DNA of 64,000 nucleotides from positions 124,001 to 188,000 of the forward strand of contig JAQGDQ010000170.1 of the NCBI GenBank assembly GCA_030141605.1, given 5' to 3'. The notes beneath the pieces were generated by a model. That model saw only the letters and a list, made by a program, of their open reading frames with translations, was not told where the DNA came from and searched no databases. Source of the DNA: Tubiluchus corallicola (lineage: Eukaryota; Animalia; Priapulida). The position numbers and the translations under genes are program-made. Shown here one piece after another: positions 62,424 to 64,000 of this stretch (its first letter is position 1; every line of letters starts with the position of its first letter).

Positions 62424-63185
62424 CTGGAAAAATATTAGTCGAAATTACAGAGGGAATCCTAGCAAAGATTCTTTAATTTCAGTTGTCTTTCTGTTAATAA
62501 ATTAACATTGTTTTGACAGTCTGCTATTATATGTAGAACCAATTCTATACAAAATCCTTCATGTTCTGAATTTCACTATAAGGCGGATTTATGGCGTTTT
62601 AAGTTGCACAGAAAACCTTCAATAAGCAAGTAAGCCAATGCTTCGCATTCCGGACTAGTCGATTTCCCCAATTTCACTGCCTTTGTTACGTCAGTCGCCA
62701 CATTCGAGTAAATTCAACAGACCAGTTTGAATCAATTCAAGCGTGTGGATATTAATACTAAGAGTAATATTAAGACTCCTCAACAGCCATTTGAGCGAGT
62801 GAGTGACTGAGTGACTAAAATTTAAATCTTGAACTTGAATTTGAAGAAAACAAATGTGCGGGTGAGTAAGGGTGTGAGCGAGTGAGTGGTCGCAAAGCCT
62901 CAAGAAGTGCTGGTAATCTAGGGCTGGACAACAAAATTTTGATCTCGTAGTACCAAATAGGGGACAGACTGAACGGAACCAATTGGTGACGTTCAGACGA
63001 TTGGTTTTAGCCAGACAATAAGCGTAAATAGAGTTATCAAGTGATGTTTTTTTATCATGCGGATGCGTTTTCCACTGCGGAAAGAAAATAAAGAGGATAC
63101 AGCTGCAGAAAAAGAAAAACGCATACGCAATCTGCATAAACGGATGCATTGAAACCAATATAAACCGAATTTAGTTATTCCGCAG

Positions 63186-63428
63186 CTACAAAACGCATCC
63201 GCATCCTCATGGGTACATAAACGCCACTTTAGTCTACAAAACGCATCCGCATCCTCATGGTACATGAACGCCACTTTAGTTTACAAAACGCATCCGCATC
63301 CTCATGCTACATGAACGCCACTTTAGTCTGCAAAACGCATCCGCATCCTCGTGCTACATAAACGCCTCTTTAGTTTACAAAACGCATCCGCATCCTCATG
63401 CTACATGAACGCCACTTTAGTCTACAAA
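63186..63428. repeat. Minisatellite, about 47-48-bp unit, 5 copies, derived from the end of a dispersed element
   Basis: Unit ctacaaaacgcatccgcatcctcatgctacatgaacgccactttagt. Confidence 0.9.
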
Positions 63429-63750
63429 AAACTGCAAGTCATAGTCCGGCTGCTTGCGAGCGTCTTGGGCAGAACGACCATGAAGCCAGAAGCCATACGT
63501 ATCCCAAGCATTTCCTGGATATTTTGACATTTTCAGAGACCTTTTTAGCAACTTCTAAATCTAACTTTTGATTTTTTGCACTATAAAAGTCTGTTTCTAA
63601 GCGATCAATTTGCTATTTAATTACGAACAGCTGCAAGCTACATAATTAGAACCAAAACAGTAAAGGACCGCCCAGACAATGATCATGTATAATGATAGTT
63701 GGGGTAATGTTAGTCAGCTTGTATTTATAATTGTGTTATAGCCCACAAAT

Positions 63751-64000
63751 AACCTAGCCACTGGGGGGGGGGGTCCCAAGCCCGGATAAATAGGGAGGGT
63801 TAGGGTCAGGAAGGGCATCCGCCTGTAAAAACTGCGCCAAAACCTTCTATGAATGAGTCGGTGAGAGTTAAAGGTAAAGTCCACAAAGAAGTGGTCAGAC
63901 CCGCTCTAATCTATGGGCTGGAAGCAGCTTCTCTAAAGAAGACCGAAGAGAAGAAAATGGGTGTGGTGGAGATGAGAATGTTGAGATGGATGGTGGGAAT
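63751..64000 (+). mobile_element. Bipartite non-autonomous RTE element (runs off window)
   Basis: Same 5' end and junction as 17252-17753, with a short 5' deletion. Confidence 0.88.

Noticed and set aside
62691-63274. ORFs of 155 and 93 aa as further aminopeptidase exons
   Set aside because: No M1-family similarity; they overlap a dispersed repeat and its minisatellite.

Overview
AT-rich, repeat-dense, intron-rich animal (probably marine invertebrate) genomic DNA with one assembly gap (15008-15670). I assembled two convergent spliced genes by hand. (1) A complete 3-exon, 238-aa four-TM PMP22/EMP/claudin-superfamily gene on + (9298-27906). (2) The 3' 16 exons (about 763 aa) of an M1-family aminopeptidase N-like gene on - (32833-62423; GAMEN and HEXXH-X18-E intact; 5' exons lie beyond the window; last intron is GC-AG). 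The rest is short mobile elements: piggyBac-type (TTAA) and hAT-type (8-bp TSD) MITEs, non-autonomous Helitrons, three solo LTRs, bipartite non-autonomous RTE elements, LINE 3' stubs, two tRNA-head SINEs and a 5S-rRNA-head SINE, plus mini- and microsatellites. I see no prokaryote-type system or CRISPR array, and no clearly new multi-gene system. The most unusual features are in the aminopeptidase gene: an inverted copy of one of its own exons in a downstream intron (possible pre-mRNA duplex enclosing the active-site exon), an intron tiled entirely by GT..AG-bounded 68-bp units, and a Helitron with two 3' termini. All functional readings are inference; no database searches were run.
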